Shown: positions 44,582 through 56,864, counted from the stretch's first letter. The stretch is 64,000 bases of DNA from an uncultured virus (IMG/VR IMGVR_UViG_3300047548_000197) (IMGVR_UViG_3300047548_000197), one strand, 5' to 3'. Notes: generated from the letters alone by a model not told the origin. Numbers and translations are program-made.

Positions 44582-44606
44582 AACTACAGTTGATTAGGAA
44601 AACGAT

Positions 44607-44750
44607 ATGAACCGAAATGATCTGATTGAATTGATTCTTGACCATGCGATCCAACGTGGTGAGTATTCCCAGTTGTTTATGGATCGTCTCCATGGTAGCA
44701 ATGATGCTGAACTGAGCGAGTTGCTCGAGAAATTTGAAGAAACTGTCTAA
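44607..44750 (+). CDS. Small acidic hypothetical protein (47 aa)
   Basis: AGGA RBS; MNRNDLIELILDHAIQRGEYSQ... Confidence 0.55.
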   Translation: MNRNDLIELILDHAIQRGEYSQLFMDRLHGSNDAELSELLEKFEETV

Positions 44751-44760
44751 GGAATTTGTT

Positions 44761-45786
44761 ATGCGTAAACTTGCTAAAATTGTTAAGATTGATGAACTGA
44801 ACCCCATCGAAGGTGCTGACGCCATCGAGTGCGCTGTTGTTGGTGGTTGGAAGGTAGTGGCTCAGAAGGGTCTGTACAATGTCGGTGATCTGGCTGTGTA
44901 CTTCGAGATCGACTCTTGGATTCCTACCGAGTTGGCTCCATTCCTGTCTAAAGGTAAAGAGCCTCGCGAGTTCGAAGGTGTTAAGGGTGAACGCCTGAAG
45001 ACTATCAAGCTGCGTGGTCAGTTGTCTCAGGGTCTGTTGATGCCAATTCCATCCGAATTTAATGATCCAAATCATTTCGTCGAAGGGTTTGATGTTACTG
45101 AATTGCTTGGTATCAAGAAGTGGGAGAAGCCTGTTAATGCCCAGCTGGCTGGTGTGTGCCGTGGTAACTTTCCATCTCTGATTCCCAAGACTGATCAAGA
45201 ACGTGCTCAAAACCTAAAGAAAGAAATTGGTCAAGCCATGGCTGTTGAGCAAGCATTCGAAGTCACTGAGAAGCTGGAAGGTTCTTCAATGACTTGCTAC
45301 TTGATTGATGGTGAGTTCGGTGTTTGCTCTCGTAATCTTGACTTGAAAGAAACCGAAGGCAACTCTTTCTGGTCTACTGCTCGTCGTGATGGTGTCGAAG
45401 AAAAGATGCGTGAGCAATTTGGTCTTCGAGACTTTGCTCTACAAGGTGAGCTGATTGGTCCAGGGATCCAAGGTAACATCTACGGATTGAAAGATACACA
45501 ATTCCGTATCTTTGATATCTACGATATCCGTCGTGGCGAGTACGTTGATCCAATGACTCGTCAAGCTATCGTTGGAGAGATGGAACTTGCACATGTGCCT
45601 GTTCTGACTTACCAAGCTAAGTTGACGGACACTCTTGGCATCACTGACATCGATGGCTTGCTGAAGTTCGCTGAAGGTAAGTCTACTCTGGCTGATGTTG
45701 AGCGTGAAGGTGTTGTGTTCAAGGAAATCAATGGTGGTTTCACCTTCAAAGCAATCTCTAACAAGTACCTGCTAGGAGAAAAGTGA
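44761..45786 (+). CDS. ATP-dependent RNA ligase (DRB0094-like family)
   Basis: PIEGADAIE, YFEIDS, KLRGQLSQG, TEKLEGSS, QGELIGPGIQ, REGVVFK, FKAISNKYL. Confidence 0.9.
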   Translation: MRKLAKIVKIDELNPIEGADAIECAVVGGWKVVAQKGLYNVGDLAVYFEIDSWIPTELAPFLSKGKEPREFEGVKGERLKTIKLRGQLSQGLLMPIPSEFNDPNHFVEGFDVTELLGIKKWEKPVNAQLAGVCRGNFPSLIPKTDQERAQNLKKEIGQAMAVEQAFEVTEKLEGSSMTCYLIDGEFGVCSRNLDLKETEGNSFWSTARRDGVEEKMREQFGLRDFALQGELIGPGIQGNIYGLKDTQFRIFDIYDIRRGEYVDPMTRQAIVGEMELAHVPVLTYQAKLTDTLGITDIDGLLKFAEGKSTLADVEREGVVFKEINGGFTFKAISNKYLLGEK

Positions 45787-46112
45787 TGGATCTAGAAATG
45801 TCGCAAAAACACAAGATGTGGACAAAGCAAATACTGATTCACGGTTATTACTTGCAACGCACTTGTTCGGCTTGTCCCGAACAGTACGATGTGTTTGATA
45901 ATAAAGATCAGCAAGTTGCTTATCTGCGTCTGCGACATGGACATTTCTATGCGTCAGTGCCAGACGTTGGTGGTGACGTCGTTTACGAAGCTGATCCAGA
46001 AGGTGATGGTTGCTTTATGGATCATGAGCGTGTCAAGTATTTGACCGAAGCAATTCTTGCATTGCAAGAGTATTATATCAATCGTCGTTGGGACACTGGA
46101 GAATATCTGTGA
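45786..46112 (+). CDS. Hypothetical protein
   Basis: TCSACPEQYD, YLRLRHG. Confidence 0.65.
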   Translation: MDLEMSQKHKMWTKQILIHGYYLQRTCSACPEQYDVFDNKDQQVAYLRLRHGHFYASVPDVGGDVVYEADPEGDGCFMDHERVKYLTEAILALQEYYINRRWDTGEYL

Positions 46113-46576
46113 ATAAATTATACGTATTGGTCGGTGTTCCAGCATCTGGTAAGTCCACGTGGACAAGCAACCAGATCTGGGCTAAAGATATTCCTGTCGT
46201 ATCCACCGATCGATTCGTTGAGGAATATGCTGCCAAGCATGGCAAGACTTACTCTGAAGTGTTTGAAGAGTACATGCCAATTGCAGTTAAACTGATGGCT
46301 AACCAAGTATTGATCTGTCAAGCTAACAAGACAGACATTATCTGGGATCAAACATCTACAACTGTGGCAACACGTGCAAAAAAGATTCGTATGTTGCCTG
46401 AGTATTACAAAATTGCAGTGGTGTTCAAGACTCCACCAACAGCTGAATTGCAACGTCGTTTGGCTAGTCGTCCAGGGAAAACAATTCCTTGGGATGTGGT
46501 GTCCAATATGGCTGCACAATTAGAAGCTGAACCTCCTACAAAGGAAGAAGGTTTCGATGAAATCTGGTACACATAA
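46109..46576 (+). CDS. P-loop kinase (polynucleotide kinase-like)
   Basis: GVPASGKST, VSTD, WDQT, PPTKEEGFD. Confidence 0.85.
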   Translation: MNKLYVLVGVPASGKSTWTSNQIWAKDIPVVSTDRFVEEYAAKHGKTYSEVFEEYMPIAVKLMANQVLICQANKTDIIWDQTSTTVATRAKKIRMLPEYYKIAVVFKTPPTAELQRRLASRPGKTIPWDVVSNMAAQLEAEPPTKEEGFDEIWYT

Positions 46577-46584
46577 GGAATCGT

Positions 46585-46836
46585 ATGACACTTGAAGAAC
46601 GAATCACACAGTTGGAACAACGTCTGGCTTTTATGGAAGGTCGTGTTGCTGCACTCGAGGCAAAGAATATGACCTATGGTCCACTGCCAACTATTCCAGC
46701 ACCAACCACACCAGTGAATCCTTGGTTGCCTAAGAATCCTTGGGAACCACCATATACAGTTACATGTAAGTTGGCTGATGGTACAACCAAAGAATTTACA
46801 TTAGATTCTCCAATATTGGCGATGACAAACAAATGA
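46585..46836 (+). CDS. Hypothetical protein
   Basis: AAGGA RBS; coiled coil then Pro-rich segment. Confidence 0.6.
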   Translation: MTLEERITQLEQRLAFMEGRVAALEAKNMTYGPLPTIPAPTTPVNPWLPKNPWEPPYTVTCKLADGTTKEFTLDSPILAMTNK

Positions 46837-47198
46837 ATGAAACTCTAATTCTTATTGCTCTGTTGTTCACAAAGCATTTTGTTGTGGACTTTCCACTGCA
46901 AAAGCCATATCAGTGGATGAACAAAGGTACGTACGGACATCTTGGTGGCATCTTGCATGCTTGGTTGCATGGCTGTGCAACGGTGTTGTGCTTTTACTGG
47001 TGGGCACCAATGGCTGCTATCTATCTTGGTGTTATGGATATGATTATCCACTACCATATCGACTGGGCTAAGATGAACATCAACAAACACTACGGATGGC
47101 GAGCAGACACCCATGAGCAGTTTTGGTGGTTGTTGGGCTTGGATCAATTCCTGCATGCACTGACTTACATTGGCTTGGTAGCAATGGTGACCCCATGA
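46833..47198 (+). CDS. DUF3307-like membrane protein
   Basis: HFVVDFPLQ, HYHIDWAK, GLDQFLH. Confidence 0.8.
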   Translation: MNETLILIALLFTKHFVVDFPLQKPYQWMNKGTYGHLGGILHAWLHGCATVLCFYWWAPMAAIYLGVMDMIIHYHIDWAKMNINKHYGWRADTHEQFWWLLGLDQFLHALTYIGLVAMVTP

Positions 47199-47653
47199 GT
47201 AATATCTACGAATGGATCGATGAGGGTGGATACTCTGAAGGTAAAACAGATGATCCTAAGTTCTTGGAGACTCAAGCCAAGTGGCATTCACTGATTCCCA
47301 AACGCAGAGTTATCATTGCTGGTGGTCGTGACTACCATAACTACGATGCGCTGTTGGAAGCTGTCACTGAATCTGGTTTCACTATTGATGTGGTTGTTTC
47401 TGGTGGTGCCAATGGTGTTGATGCCATGGGTGAACGCTGGGCTGAAGAAAACGGTGTTAATCTAACTATATTCAGAGCCGACTGGCAAACTCATGGTCGT
47501 GCTGCTGGTCCAATTCGTAACCGAAAGATGGCAGAGAATGCCGATGCGCTAATTGCTCTTTGGGATGGCAAGAGTCGTGGCACTAAGAATATGATTGAAA
47601 CTGCAACCAAACATGGGTTGATGGTTTATGTAAAAAGGATTGATAATGCTTAA
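47195..47653 (+). CDS. SLOG family (DUF2493/YspA-like) protein
   Basis: IIAGGRD, VSGGANGVD, AGPIRN..MA, WDGKSRGT. Confidence 0.85.
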   Translation: MSNIYEWIDEGGYSEGKTDDPKFLETQAKWHSLIPKRRVIIAGGRDYHNYDALLEAVTESGFTIDVVVSGGANGVDAMGERWAEENGVNLTIFRADWQTHGRAAGPIRNRKMAENADALIALWDGKSRGTKNMIETATKHGLMVYVKRIDNA

Positions 47654-48122
47654 ACATACACAAGGTAATTTGATTGATCTTGCCGAAGGTGGACATTTCG
47701 ATGTCATCGTGCAAGGATGCAACTGCTTCAACACCATGGGTGGTGGTATTGCTCGCGAGATTCGTGGACGCTATCCCAGCGCTGCTGCTGTTGATGCAGA
47801 TACCCAACGTGGTGATATTATGAAGTTGGGTAACTGGACTGAAGTTACCATTGATGCGCCAACTGAAGGACACCAATTTATTATCGTCAATGCTTACACT
47901 CAATTCAAGATGAGCACTGGCGAAGATGTGTTTGAATATGATGCATTCGGTTGTGTTATCCGTAAACTTATTCGCTCTTTCCCAGCGCGACGTATTGGCT
48001 TGCCTTACATTGGTATGGGCTTGGCAGGTGGAGATCCCGATATCATCATGGCTTATATCGAGAACTTTGCTGAAGAGCACGCAAAGAGTGGTGGCACTGT
48101 TACATTGGTAGAATTCAAATGA
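47646..48122 (+). CDS. Macro domain protein
   Basis: GCNCFNTMGGGIA, NAYTQ, PYIGMGLAGGD. Confidence 0.88.
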   Translation: MLKHTQGNLIDLAEGGHFDVIVQGCNCFNTMGGGIAREIRGRYPSAAAVDADTQRGDIMKLGNWTEVTIDAPTEGHQFIIVNAYTQFKMSTGEDVFEYDAFGCVIRKLIRSFPARRIGLPYIGMGLAGGDPDIIMAYIENFAEEHAKSGGTVTLVEFK

Positions 48123-51100
48123 GTGTGCGTTGCTGGGTGATTGCTGGTAATCAAGATCAATACCAGCAATATGTTAATCGTAAGTCCAAAGAAATTGATG
48201 GTGTGAAGTTTTCATACGTCAGTCGACCAGAAACTCTCCGTGGGTTTGTTAATCCACATGGTGTGTTTATTGGTTCATGGCGTAGCCGAGATGATATACT
48301 AGAGATACTAGAAATGCTGCTGGTTAGCACCAATACAGACACTAGTAAATTACAGAGACTCAAGACTGAAGTTTGGCAGCAAGCCACGCATCAACAAATA
48401 AACAGTACAGCTATCAATTCAGCTGCAAAGCGACTGGCAGATGCAATTGACCAAGAAGTGATGAATACCATAAAATCATCGGCTGGTCAACTGAGTGATG
48501 GCAGCGTCAAACAAACTCAAGGTTACGAACATTATTTTCTGGAACAGTGACATGACCGAAGAACAAGTAATTAAGGATATCATCCGTCGCGCCAATGCCA
48601 AGGTCAAGCTGATTCGCAAACATCAGAAAGAACTACAAGAGATATACGATCAGTGTAATCACCACGGGACAGTTGAACAGAAATCATCTTATTTCGGTGG
48701 TTCATACTACGATCATGCATACACTCGCTATTGGGCTCAGTGCACAGTCTGTGGAAAGAAGTCCGAGGAAGTGACCAAAGAGCACAGTTATTATGGTTAA
48801 TGACACTAATCCCGCCAAAGACTGGCCAGAAGACTTTGCACACGAAAATGGTATGTACTACTGTCGTTGTATGGTTTGTAAGGAACAATTCATAGGTTAC
48901 AAGCGTAGAGTGGTGTGTAAAGAATGCGATTCTAAACCCAAGTCATGCCCTTGGAACGAATGGAAGCCCAACAAGGATATATCATGAACCCGACAAAAAC
49001 ACTTGAGTACTGGACAGTTGAAAATACTGGTTGGAGCGGTGGTATTTCTTGGTTTAAAACTGGTGGCAGCGAGGCTAATCCACTACGCTTTAAGACCTTT
49101 GATACTGCCCATGAGTTTGCAGTTCGTAACAAGAACAAGTTTGATGATCCAGATCAGCTGTGGCGTGTGGTTTACACAAAGATCGAGCGTAGTGACCCCA
49201 ACAAACGTGTGACCACAGAAGAATACCACATGGTATAAAGTAATACCTAAGGATTACATTTAAAGACCTTCATTTATTGAGGGTTTTGTCATTTAATCGT
49301 TGTCTTTTATTGCAATCGGCTGTATAATAACTACATGGAAACGAAAAAGACCCCCACTCGCCTCTACTACGCCAACACTTGGTTCACGATGCCTTTCCGT
49401 GTCCACGGATACTGGGTTGAGGATGCCACTGGTAAGAACGTCGCTGAAGCTGCTAGCCGAGAGTTGGCTGAAGCAATTAAACAGACCCTGAACGCTATGG
49501 AGCCAAAATGAAGTACATTCTAGTTGAAGCAACAAACCCCAAAGAGCTAATGGTTCGTGTGAACGATTTTATTAGTGAAGGCTACAAGCCACAAGGTGGA
49601 ATAAGCGTTGCCTGCCACTATAGCGGTAGCATCTACTACACTCAAGCAATGGTGAAATAACATGTCTGAATACGTCGTAGTCCACCTCTCTCCCAACTAC
49701 AAATGCGCCCACGAGGACGATGCTCCCATCCTCTTCGAATCCGACTGTCTAGCTCAGGCTATCACCTACTCATCCAAGCGTTGGGACTCCGAGAAGGTCG
49801 ATATAGCCGTTTATCAGCCTCGTACAGAGGGTTATCGCCAGATCAATCGTCACCCTGCTCGGGACGCTAGAGGACGTTTCGAGGTTCGATAATAACCCTC
49901 AGAAGTGTAGGTTATTCCAGAAACTTGTTGTCGGAGTTGCAAATCGGCTGTATAATAACTACAGTTGATTAGGAAAGAAAGACCCAAATGTATAGCTTCT
50001 CACCACTCGCCGATATCCCTGTTGATCACGCTGGTTTGTTTATTGTTGGTATGGGTTGCGCCATGTGGTTGGTAATCTGCTTGTTTAACTCTCCCGAAGA
50101 CTTTTTCGTTAACTTTTTCTTTGTGGTGATTATCATGGCTATCGGTTACGGTGTGTCATTCCACTGGACCAATCAAGAGCCAAAAACCTTTAAGAATGAG
50201 AAGGTCACTGCTGAATTGGTTGGGTTTCAACCTGAAGGTTATCGCGAAAAGTCTGGTAAGAGTATGGTTGATCGTCACTATATGTACGTTGTATATCGTG
50301 TTGGTGGTGAGCAAGTTATCTTGCAAGCTCAAACTGGTTTGGTGTATCCACAAACTGCAATCTTGTACAAAAACTAAGGAATACATCATGACTACTGTGG
50401 CACAAATGATTGAATGGATGAAGACTCTCCCACAAGACGCTGAAGTTGAGTGTGGTGTTGAGGTTACTAACGGATACAGTACTTACATGAATATGGTTTC
50501 TGCTGATATTGAATCCTGTAATGTCATTGACTGTACTGGTCCAGCGTTCGAAAAGTATCCACATGTGTACGGCAAGGTTTTTGTCGAGATCCGAGGAGAA
50601 TAAAATGATAGGTACATATGAGCGCATTGCTCAGCGTCTGTTGGTGGGTCAACCCCGAGCAAAGCCATTCTGTAAGTTGATAGGTGGCAAGTTTATGGTG
50701 GGTACACAAAGCCTGCATCGTACACCACAAAGCCGTCGCTGGCGCACATTTTGGAGATTGAAATTCAATCGTATCGGTAGACCCACTGGAGTTACCCATG
50801 ACTAACCAACTTGATTATCATGACGCCATCCGAGAGATGCACAAGGGTCGGGTGGTGCAATACATCGGTACGGTCAATGGACCAGTGTGGCATCGGGGAA
50901 TATCTTTCTGCATGCAACGTGGGTGTATATTCGTGTTCGACGGCAGAGTGATTCCCAAGTCATATGGGCATATGGTGTACGATCCCGATTTTCGTTATGA
51001 GCTAACTGGTGAAACCGTGGACCCACGTGATTGGCCAAATAAACCCAAACGACATCCAGAAATCAAAGTGATTAGCGGATACTCTAGAATAGGATTAAAC

Positions 51101-52799
51101 AACGTATGAACAAAGTACTAGTAGAAAAATTAGCTGTGCAATCCCTAGTCTGGGTTGATACTGGATTAGCCGACGGACGTGAACAAGTGTTTAGTACAAG
51201 CGTGTTCGCCGAGTTGATTGTGCGAGAATGTGCATGTATCGCTGATGATATGAAAACAATTGAAACAGCAAGAGCAATCAAACAACATTGGGGAGTTACA
51301 GAATGAAACTAATTAGCAGACGAATAAAGATGAATCCAGATACCTTTGCTCCAGAAATGGAAATAGTATTTACTATGCCAATGGAAATGGCAATGGATAC
51401 ACTTGTTCATATGACTGAAGAAGAATTCACAAATAAACTTGGACGAGAGTTGTTTGAAATGTTAAGGACAAAGGAATGAAAGACTTAATTCCATTTAACA
51501 CCCGAGTGATTGACCGTGATGGTGTGGCGGTGCATCAACGTCGTCCTGTATTTGCTTATGTAAAGACCGTTTGGTACAAGCCTTGGTCTTGTAGGATTGA
51601 ATACGAAGTGGATGATTGGTACGATGTTGATGTTGTAAAATATCCAACTTACCGAGTAGGTGATCGTGTCCAAGTAAAGTCAGGTACATTTTCTGCTGGC
51701 TCCATGGGCGAAATCAAGTACATTGAACCTGTTAGTGGTACTCTGTGGGTGCTTAGAGACGGTGCAACCAACGATATTCAATATCAACCACAAGAAGTGG
51801 ATCTGATCTGGAGACGACCACTATGACCTTAGAAAATGCCCTAAAGATCAAACAACTGCTACAAGAGCTAGTGCCAGATCCCGATATCGACTTTGGTCCA
51901 GCCTATGAAGGAACCAAGCAACGACAGCGGGAAGCAATACAAATACTTAATACAGAGATTCGATGGATGAAAGAATTGAGAAAGAAAGCATGAAAGAAGT
52001 ATCAATCCTAATCTTAATCCTGTACGTGATGGCCAATGCAGCCATAGTCTATTACTTTTTCATCTACAAACAAGCCAAGATTGACAAGGAATACCGTGAG
52101 CAACTCTGCAGAATACGACGTGGTTATAGCCACTCTTCAAGCCAAGAAAGATAGTCTGTGGCGTATGACCCAGCAAAACATGAACAGTGAGTTTATTGGA
52201 ATGAATATTATGGATCAAATACGTCTAGACCAGATACAGGAACTAAACGAAGCCATGGGCATGTGGCTAATCTGGAAGGAAGAAAAACGTGACCTTACTA
52301 AGATGTAGTGCATGTCGTTGGGCAGGAATGACACACTGCTCCGAACCTGAATACTGTGGTGGAATGACCTTACCTACATGGGAAGAAACCGAAGATGATC
52401 TAAGGAAGATCCAAGAAGCATTCGTCGCTCTACATAATATCGGGGAAAAGAACTGGTCACCAGAGGAAAGGGAAAGAGCATATAGACTAAGAAAACGATG
52501 TGTGGAACTGGCAGAATATCGATACTCACTATTAAGGAACAACAATGGATAAACTAACTGCCCAAGACGTAATTGATCTAGTAATCAACCGTGCTCAGAG
52601 AATGAGAGAAAGTGGGGAAAGCGATCTACGATCTATTATATGGTTATGTTCTGGTCTACGATCTGATATGATTGCAGGTAAGACTAGAGAAGCAATCTTG
52701 TCTGATCTAGAGGAAGACGAAGAAGAAGTATGCTCTGTGTGTGGAGAAGAATGGTCTGGTACTAGCTGTGGTGCCGAAGACTGTGGATGGATCAAATGA
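48119..52799 (+). other. Block of about 18 small hypothetical early genes, with promoter cassettes near 49240-49328 and 49890-49956
   Basis: Tightly coupled short + strand ORFs (e.g. 48119-48550, 48552-48800, 48793-48987, 48984-49238, 49662-49892, 49988-50377, 50388-50603, 50798-51109, 51106-51306, 51476-51826, 52545-52799); no function recognised. Confidence 0.65.
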
Positions 52800-52878
52800 T
52801 GCTTATATAGGCAGCATCTAGGAGTGTGGTGTTCGTAGTCGGCTAAATAAGGCTTATCTGTGTTAATGAAGAAAAACG

Positions 52879-53163
52879 ATGGCATACAAAGAAAAAACTT
52901 GTCCTAAGTGCGGCGATAAACACACCAAGCGTGGTGAATACTGTTCACGCTCATGTGGTAACAGCAGACCAATGCCTGAATATCAAAAGCAAACTATGTC
53001 TGAAGTCAAGCGTGAATGGGCATATAACACTGATACAGGCGAAGAGTCTAGATGGCGACTAAACAACCACGAAGAACCAGAGCCAGTGGCACCCTTACGC
53101 CATTCTCCATTGGGTGTCAACCAATTTATTGATCGAGACGGTGATCTTTGGACTGAAAACTAA
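52879..53163 (+). CDS. Zinc-finger hypothetical protein
   Basis: CPKC...YCSRSC; CTAAATA upstream. Confidence 0.65.
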   Translation: MAYKEKTCPKCGDKHTKRGEYCSRSCGNSRPMPEYQKQTMSEVKREWAYNTDTGEESRWRLNNHEEPEPVAPLRHSPLGVNQFIDRDGDLWTEN

Positions 53164-53247
53164 AGTATTACTGCAATATTGCAAAAAAGACTTGACTCCA
53201 CCTTGACTTTGGGGTATACTCACTGTGTGAGTGGATGATAAGGATAG

Positions 53248-53457
53248 ATGATGTACGATTCGATTATTTCCCAGTGTGTTTCTAAGGGTATTCCTGAGCG
53301 AGAGATTATGGTCGTTCTCGATCGTATCCGTGGTGTAACCTTAGCTGAGATTGCTAGAGACGAAGGTGTGAGCCCAGAGAGAATCCGACAGATCGAGGCT
53401 AAGGGTCTTCGTCGAATGAAGCAGAAAGGTGTTGTCGTCATTGCAAATATGGAGTAG
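53248..53457 (+). CDS. Stand-alone sigma-70 region 4-like HTH protein
   Basis: TLAEIARDEGVSPERIRQIEAKGLRRM. Confidence 0.8.
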   Translation: MMYDSIISQCVSKGIPEREIMVVLDRIRGVTLAEIARDEGVSPERIRQIEAKGLRRMKQKGVVVIANME

Positions 53458-53706
53458 AATTCTGTCTTTACAGGAGAGACTATGTTTAGTGTGACGGACG
53501 AATCGGGTAATACTTTCGTTTTCGATAGTTTTGAGGAAATTTCACAGTTTTTTAGTGAGTGTGTGTGGGCTGTGGGGGCTGAAGACGCCCAAATCACCGT
53601 GAAATTCGCTAATCCCCTCAACGATTAAGGGTTTTTCCAGAAAACGCTTGTCGTTAATTGCAATTTCGGCGATAATTCTATTATTGAATCGAGAGAAAGA
53701 AAGATT

Positions 53707-54597
53707 ATGACTACTGTGAACTTTGACGCTGCAACTGGTAACTACATCGCCCGAGTGGGCACCAAGACTATCAAGTCTTACTCTAAGAGCTATGTGGAGC
53801 GCAAGGTTCGTGCCTTGTCTGGTGATATGGATCGTGCCATTGCCGTGGCCACTGAAAAGTCCACACGTTACGACATCAATACCCGATTCGGTTTTGTCGA
53901 GAAACTGGTGACCATGGTTGCAACTGGTGTTCAGCCATCGGCAGTTATTACTGGTGAAGGTGGTTTGGGCAAGACTTATACTGTGTCTAAGACCTTAGAG
54001 TCTGCTGGTTATACAGACATCTCTAGTCTCGCTGATTTTGAAGTGGGCAGTGTTATCAATACTCGCAAGTGCTACACCATGGTCAAGGGCTACAGCACTG
54101 CCAAAGGTTTGTATCGTACCCTGTTCGAGAACAACAAAAGTATTATCGTGTTCGACGACTGTGACGCTGTGCTGAAGGATCCAGTGGCTCTGAACCTGTT
54201 GAAAGGTGCACTGGACTCATACGGCAAACGTATCATCTCTTGGAATGCCGACATGCGTGACGATGATCTGCCACGCTCTTTCGAGTTTACTGGTCGTGTC
54301 ATCTTCATCTCTAACATGGATCAGTCGCGTATCGACCAAGCCATTCGCTCTCGTTCTATGATGATCGACTTGTCCATGACCTTAGACCAAAAGATTGATC
54401 GCATGGAACACATTGCCCTTTCCGCTGAGTTCTTGCCTGAGTACGATAAAAAGATCAAGACCGATGCTCTGTCTCTGATTCGTGAAATCAAAGACGACTG
54501 CAAAGAAATCTCTCTTCGTACTCTTATCGCTGTGAGTAAGGTTCGTGCCAGTAACCGAGACTGGCGTGACTTGGCCACTTACATGCTGACTTGCTAA
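53707..54597 (+). CDS. P-loop AAA-like ATPase
   Basis: GEGGLGKT, IVFDDCD, LLKGALD, IFISN, AIRSR. Confidence 0.85.
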   Translation: MTTVNFDAATGNYIARVGTKTIKSYSKSYVERKVRALSGDMDRAIAVATEKSTRYDINTRFGFVEKLVTMVATGVQPSAVITGEGGLGKTYTVSKTLESAGYTDISSLADFEVGSVINTRKCYTMVKGYSTAKGLYRTLFENNKSIIVFDDCDAVLKDPVALNLLKGALDSYGKRIISWNADMRDDDLPRSFEFTGRVIFISNMDQSRIDQAIRSRSMMIDLSMTLDQKIDRMEHIALSAEFLPEYDKKIKTDALSLIREIKDDCKEISLRTLIAVSKVRASNRDWRDLATYMLTC

Positions 54598-54598
54598 A

Positions 54599-56810
54599 GT
54601 AATACTTACGGGTTACTTGTGTTTTATGGTAATCTAGGGTATAATAGGTGCAACTTAGGAGATACGATGTACACAGTGATTTTCCCCAGCGGTCGAGTAA
54701 TGCAATTCTACGTCAAGTCTGTAGCCCAGCTGTATGCCCAGAATGGTCGTGGTACTCTAGTGGACTTGCAAGAATCGGCTTTGGATCGTGTTAAGAATAA
54801 CCCCCAAGTCTTAGAGGTTATTCAGCGTATGGCTTGCCAGTAATTGCAATCTCCCGTATAATAGGTACAACTTAGGAGAGAACGAAATGACAAAGATGCG
54901 ATACAGTGAAGTGCGTGACCTGATTGAAACAGTTACCACACAAACTTACGGTAGTACTGCTCGTGCACACTACGCACTGGGTGCTCTGGAAAGTATCCTG
55001 AGCCATATGGTAGCCGAACTGCCTAAGCACAAACAAGCAGAGTTTGTCCGTGATATCCAATTCTTGGCTAACCGTATCTCTGAAATCAAATAAGGAAAAA
55101 CAATGCGTGGATCGATTCGTACACTGGTGGGTTTTTTGATTGTTTTTGGCAGCGTTGGTGGACTGGACAATGACCAAAGTGTGGTCTTGTGTCTGGCAGC
55201 AGCTGTGGTGGGTATGGTGCTGATGGCAAGTGGTGTTCGTGCCATGAGTCGTCCCTGAATCTGTAGAGAGTTTCGTGAAATCTATAATGAACGGGACTCC
55301 TACTCAATCCTCTCCAACCGATATAAGCCCCAACACATTTTCTTCAAAGCCCTCTATGTTACATCTACTCTTGCTCTTGGTTGGTCTCGGTTTAATCTTT
55401 AGTGGCGCTTACTGGTGGGCTCTGTTAGTATTATTCATAGTTGTTATACTGTAGAGGTTTACACGTTTTGGAATCCATTTTCACCAAAAAATTCCCCGAG
55501 AAAAATTTTCATTCCCAAAGGTTTAATATGAGTCACAGTGATTTTAGCGGTCGTGCCCTAGTTGAGGGTGATCTAGTTGCTTACTTACCACCCAACTATC
55601 GTCATATGATACGTGGTATTGTCGTTGGTTTTACACCCAAGATGATACGCATTCAACGTATTCTACCAACTGCAGATCATGACCGATATATGGCCAATGG
55701 ATGGGCACTACCCCTAGACTTACGCGATTCAGGATATGTAGTTAGACTTGGAGCAGATCATGAGCTTACGTGAATTGATGGTCGAGTACATACTGTTTGC
55801 TTGGAGCGAGAGTGACTTGATGGATCGTTTCAATATCACTGCCACTGAGATAGCGGGATTGTCCGATGTAGACTTGTTAGAGATCTACGATACTACCTTG
55901 CTGGCACCTGTAGACCCTTTCCCCTAGAGAGATAATATGAACCAACTAATTGAAAAACTTGCTGAACAGGCTAGAAACTATGCCCTAGATGAAAAGCGAA
56001 TTTATGAACGGGTGCATAACACTGAACAATGTATGGAAGAATATCGTGAAGTGTATAATACAAAGTTCGCCGAGTTGATTGTTCGGGAATGTATCGAGCA
56101 GGTTTGGTATACTCGTGAAGATGGTATCAATGGCAATGTTTCCCAAATTATCAAAGACAGGATCAAACAACATTTTGAGGTTGGTGGTATGAGCACAGCA
56201 GATAAAAAGACCCTAATCAAACAATTACTAGGAGTTGAAAAATGAAAGAAAGTACAGTAGTTGGTATTATCCTAGGATATATCATTGCCTTTGTCCTAAC
56301 ATTTGGTCATGCTTATCACAGTGTACCAGAAGTTGAGCAGCGTCAGTTTGCAGGACAGATGTATACCATGCACAACGGAGTTGGTACTCGTGCAACTGGT
56401 GCATTTTTGTCTTCTATATTCTGGCCACTGTATTGGTCAGTTAAAATTTGGTCACCCAGTGATCGTCAATCCAATGTAATAGGAAATTAACATGAATAGA
56501 TTTGAACTTGAACAAGGGATTCTGGCTTGTTGGAATATTGTGGATGATATCAAGGCTCTTAATCGCCAGATGCTGGACGTGCGAGAGATGACGCCCGATG
56601 AGATCAGTAATTATCTGTTGGGTCTAGAAACCATCTATCAAGTTAAGTTTGAGCAGACATTTGCAACCTTTGAAGCGTGCATCAAGGATGGCAGTGTATG
56701 ACAGACGAAGAAATCCAACGATTTATTGAGTGGTGTGGTTCGGATATGCCGCATCCTGATCACGAACCACGTAGGATGGCTTACTATGTTCGTCTGTGGC
56801 GGTATTATGA
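54599..56810 (+). other. Block of small hypothetical early genes with duplicated promoter/RBS
   Basis: TATAATAGGT(G/A)CAACTTAGGAGA at ~54640 and ~54857; ORFs 54887-55093, 55528-55773, 55937-56245, 56242-56490, 56492-56701. Confidence 0.6.
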
Positions 56811-56864
56811 AGGGTTGTCTTGCAAGCCTGTATAGGGTATAATACAACTATTATGGAGAAACTT

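Noticed and set aside
38505..45210. Long minus-strand ORFs (38505-39227, 44677-45210 and similar)
   Set aside because: They are antisense shadows of well-recognised + strand genes, with no motifs or RBS.
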